DNA of 14,626 bases, from sequence record PQ561396; one strand, given 5' to 3'. Below, piece after piece: positions 12,618-14,626 of the stretch (its first letter is position 1; each line of letters begins with the position of its first letter). The notes under the pieces were generated by a model. That model had not been told where the DNA came from and did not search any database. It was given only the letters and a program-made list of their open reading frames with translations. A program made the translations under genes and the position numbers. The stretch is from Escherichia phage Ec1-ASingh.

Positions 12618-14038
12618 GTAAGTTTCAAAGGCGCGAATACCAGAAGCTCATGACTTCGTTCATGTTGCAACACCCGCGCTGTAATATCTGGTGCGGTATG
12701 GGCGGCGGCAAGACCTCGTCGACGTTGTGGGTTCTCAATCGACTGTTCCGTAATGGGCAACTTAATGACGACGACCGAGTGTTAATTCTGGCTCCTTTAC
12801 GTGTTGCGTCAGGTACGTGGCCCGCGGAACAGGCACGTTGGAACTTCCCTTGTCTGCGCGTCGTAGATGCGACCGGTTCGGAGAAGCGCCGCATCGCGGC
12901 GCTGGAGTCTGACGCTAACGTGGTGTGCACGAACTACGAAGTTATCGAGTGGCTGATTGACTACTACGGCAAAGACGACTGGCCTTTTACTGTTATCGTT
13001 GCCGATGAGAGTACGAAGCTAAAATCTTTCCGCAGCCGTTCAGGCGGTAGTAAGAGAGCAAAGGCGCTTAGTAAAGTGGCGTTCGGTAAGGTTAAGCGTT
13101 TCATTAACCTTACGGGAACACCGTCACCGAACGGCCTCAAAGACTTATGGGGGCAGAACTGGTTTATCGACGCTGGCGAGCGCCTGGGGTCTTCATATAC
13201 AGCATTCACCGACCGCTGGTTTAACTCGGTACAGAAAGGCAAATCGGCTATGGCGCGCGAATACCACGCCCGCCCTGGCGCGGATAATGAAATTCACCAG
13301 AAGATGAAGGACATTAGTCTCACGATTGACGCTGCCGAGTGGTTCGGTTGTGAAGCGCCGATTATCGTCCCTGTTGAAATCGACCTGCCGAAGAAAGCGC
13401 GTCAGGCGTACCTAGATATGGAGGAAAAATTATTCGCGGAACTGGAAAGCGGCGAAGTTGAAGCGGCTAACGCAGCGGCGAAGACATCGAAGTGTCTGCA
13501 GATCGCATCCGGTGCCGTGTATGTGTCAGGGCCGGACGGAGAAGCAACCAAAGACTGGGAGAAAGTTCACGACACGAAACTGGATGCGCTGGAGTCCATT
13601 GTGGAGGAGTTACAGGGCGCACCGTTACTGGTGGCCTATCAGTTCAAGCACGAACTGGAGCGCATCCTTAAGCGATTCCCGCAGGCGCAGGCGTTTGCCA
13701 AAGGCGCTAAGGGTAATAAGCAGATGGAAGCGTGGAACCGTGGTGAAATACCTATGCTCCTGCTACACCCAGCCTCCGCAGGCCACGGGCTGTCGCTACA
13801 ACACGGCGGGCACCACATGGCCTTTATGAGTCAGGGGTGGAACCTAGAACATTATCTGCAGGTTATCGAGCGTATAGGTCCGGTAAGGCAGATGCAGTCC
13901 GGATACAAACGGTCTGTATTCATTTATCAAATAATAGCCCGAGATACTCTTGATGAAGTTGTCGCCGCGCGTACAGACGAGAAAAGGTCTGTACAGGACG
14001 AACTACTTAATTATATGAAGAGAAGGAGTAAGAAATGA
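12614..14038 (+). CDS. SNF2-family (DEAD-like) helicase / ATPase (474 aa)
   Basis: ORF track. Motif I GMGGGKT, Ia LILAPLRV, II VIVADESTKLK, III INLTGTP, V HPASAGHGLSLQ, VI QVIERIGPVRQ. Immediately follows the VRR-NUC gene, a common pairing. Confidence 0.8.
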   Translation: MSKFQRREYQKLMTSFMLQHPRCNIWCGMGGGKTSSTLWVLNRLFRNGQLNDDDRVLILAPLRVASGTWPAEQARWNFPCLRVVDATGSEKRRIAALESDANVVCTNYEVIEWLIDYYGKDDWPFTVIVADESTKLKSFRSRSGGSKRAKALSKVAFGKVKRFINLTGTPSPNGLKDLWGQNWFIDAGERLGSSYTAFTDRWFNSVQKGKSAMAREYHARPGADNEIHQKMKDISLTIDAAEWFGCEAPIIVPVEIDLPKKARQAYLDMEEKLFAELESGEVEAANAAAKTSKCLQIASGAVYVSGPDGEATKDWEKVHDTKLDALESIVEELQGAPLLVAYQFKHELERILKRFPQAQAFAKGAKGNKQMEAWNRGEIPMLLLHPASAGHGLSLQHGGHHMAFMSQGWNLEHYLQVIERIGPVRQMQSGYKRSVFIYQIIARDTLDEVVAARTDEKRSVQDELLNYMKRRSKK

Positions 14039-14520
14039 GCAAGGTATCTTACGACCCTGAAACCGGTATTTTCACATGGGTTGAAACAAAACGTAGGGGT
14101 TTTATTGGAAAGAAAGCAGGATGTTTTTGTCCGCGGGACGGGTACATTCGTATCCGAATAAACGGAAAACTAGAACTAGCACATCGGTTAGCATGGGATA
14201 TCTGCAATCCCGATAACCCACTTACACCACAGGAACAGATAGACCACATCAATCATATTCGAACTGATAACCGAATATGCAACCTACGGAAAGTTACCAA
14301 CACTGAAAATAGCCGCAACGCATCAATAGGGGTAAACAATACTAGTGGCGCTCTTGGTGTATGGCGGGAAAAGAGAAGAAACAAATGGGTAGCAGAGATA
14401 AAGGTAGACAGACGAAAAATACATCTAGGCCAGTTTGATGATTTTGACGAAGCGGTTGCCGCGCGTAAAGCCGCGGAAGCTGCTTACGGATTTCATGAAA
14501 ACCACGGAGAAACTGCGTGA
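14035..14520 (+). CDS. freestanding HNH endonuclease with C-terminal AP2 DNA-binding domain, homing-endonuclease-like (161 aa)
   Basis: ORF track. ATGA overlap with the helicase gene. HNH core LAHRLAW...IDHINHIRTDNRICNLRKVTNTENSRN. AP2-like GVWREKRRNKWVAEIKVDRRKIHLGQFDDFDEAVAARKAAEAAY. Confidence 0.8.
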   Translation: MSKVSYDPETGIFTWVETKRRGFIGKKAGCFCPRDGYIRIRINGKLELAHRLAWDICNPDNPLTPQEQIDHINHIRTDNRICNLRKVTNTENSRNASIGVNNTSGALGVWREKRRNKWVAEIKVDRRKIHLGQFDDFDEAVAARKAAEAAYGFHENHGETA

Positions 14521-14626
14521 ACGTCATAGCCCCGATTCCAGCATTGCAAAAACGTATCAAGGAACTTGAAGAAGGGGTTCTACGACTACGGCAGCAAAGA
14601 GATGCCGCCAATGCGCAACTGGCGTT
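14517..14626 (+). CDS. partial CDS (3' end beyond window), coiled-coil-like N-terminus
   Basis: GTG 14517 overlaps the HNH stop (GTGA), GGAG 7 nt upstream. Open to the window edge: (M)NVIAPIPALQKRIKELEEGVLRLRQQRDAANAQLA. Confidence 0.3.
   Translation, partial: MNVIAPIPALQKRIKELEEGVLRLRQQRDAANAQLA

Noticed and set aside
12625-14611. Minus-strand ORFs inside the SNF2 helicase and HNH genes (12625..12930, 12964..13242, 14049..14252, 14342..14611) and plus-strand 13458..13829
   Set aside because: Overlap genes with clear helicase and HNH motifs. Arg/Ser-rich products typical of off-frame translation.

Overview
This window reads as the early / DNA-replication region of a tailed dsDNA phage or prophage from an enterobacterial-type host (about 50% GC, sigma70-like promoters, AGGAG-type ribosome-binding sites). 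All calls come from reading the sequence and the supplied ORF track; no database search was run, so every product name is a motif-level inference. Positions 1-3110 hold two leftward operons of very small, tightly packed genes (many ATGA start/stop overlaps), including a proteasome-beta/HslV-like Ntn-hydrolase. A 430-bp non-coding region with strong hairpins follows. The rightward genes then run: AlpA-like HTH regulator, a 744-aa primase/helicase-type replication protein, a leftward XRE-family HTH repressor, a highly acidic 173-aa protein, a Cas4-like Fe-S nuclease, an SSB-like protein, a family-A DNA polymerase, a VRR-NUC nuclease, an SNF2-type helicase and a freestanding HNH-AP2 endonuclease. 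The most striking signal is a palindromic operator, GAATAG-N4-CTATT(A/C), embedded at a fixed position in five promoters on both strands, including the promoter of the XRE repressor gene itself, which suggests one dimeric regulator gating the whole early programme. Several ORF-track starts were moved to internal ATG/GTG codons with better ribosome-binding sites, and five short ORFs absent from the track are proposed. No tRNA, rRNA, CRISPR array, integrase or transposase was found.
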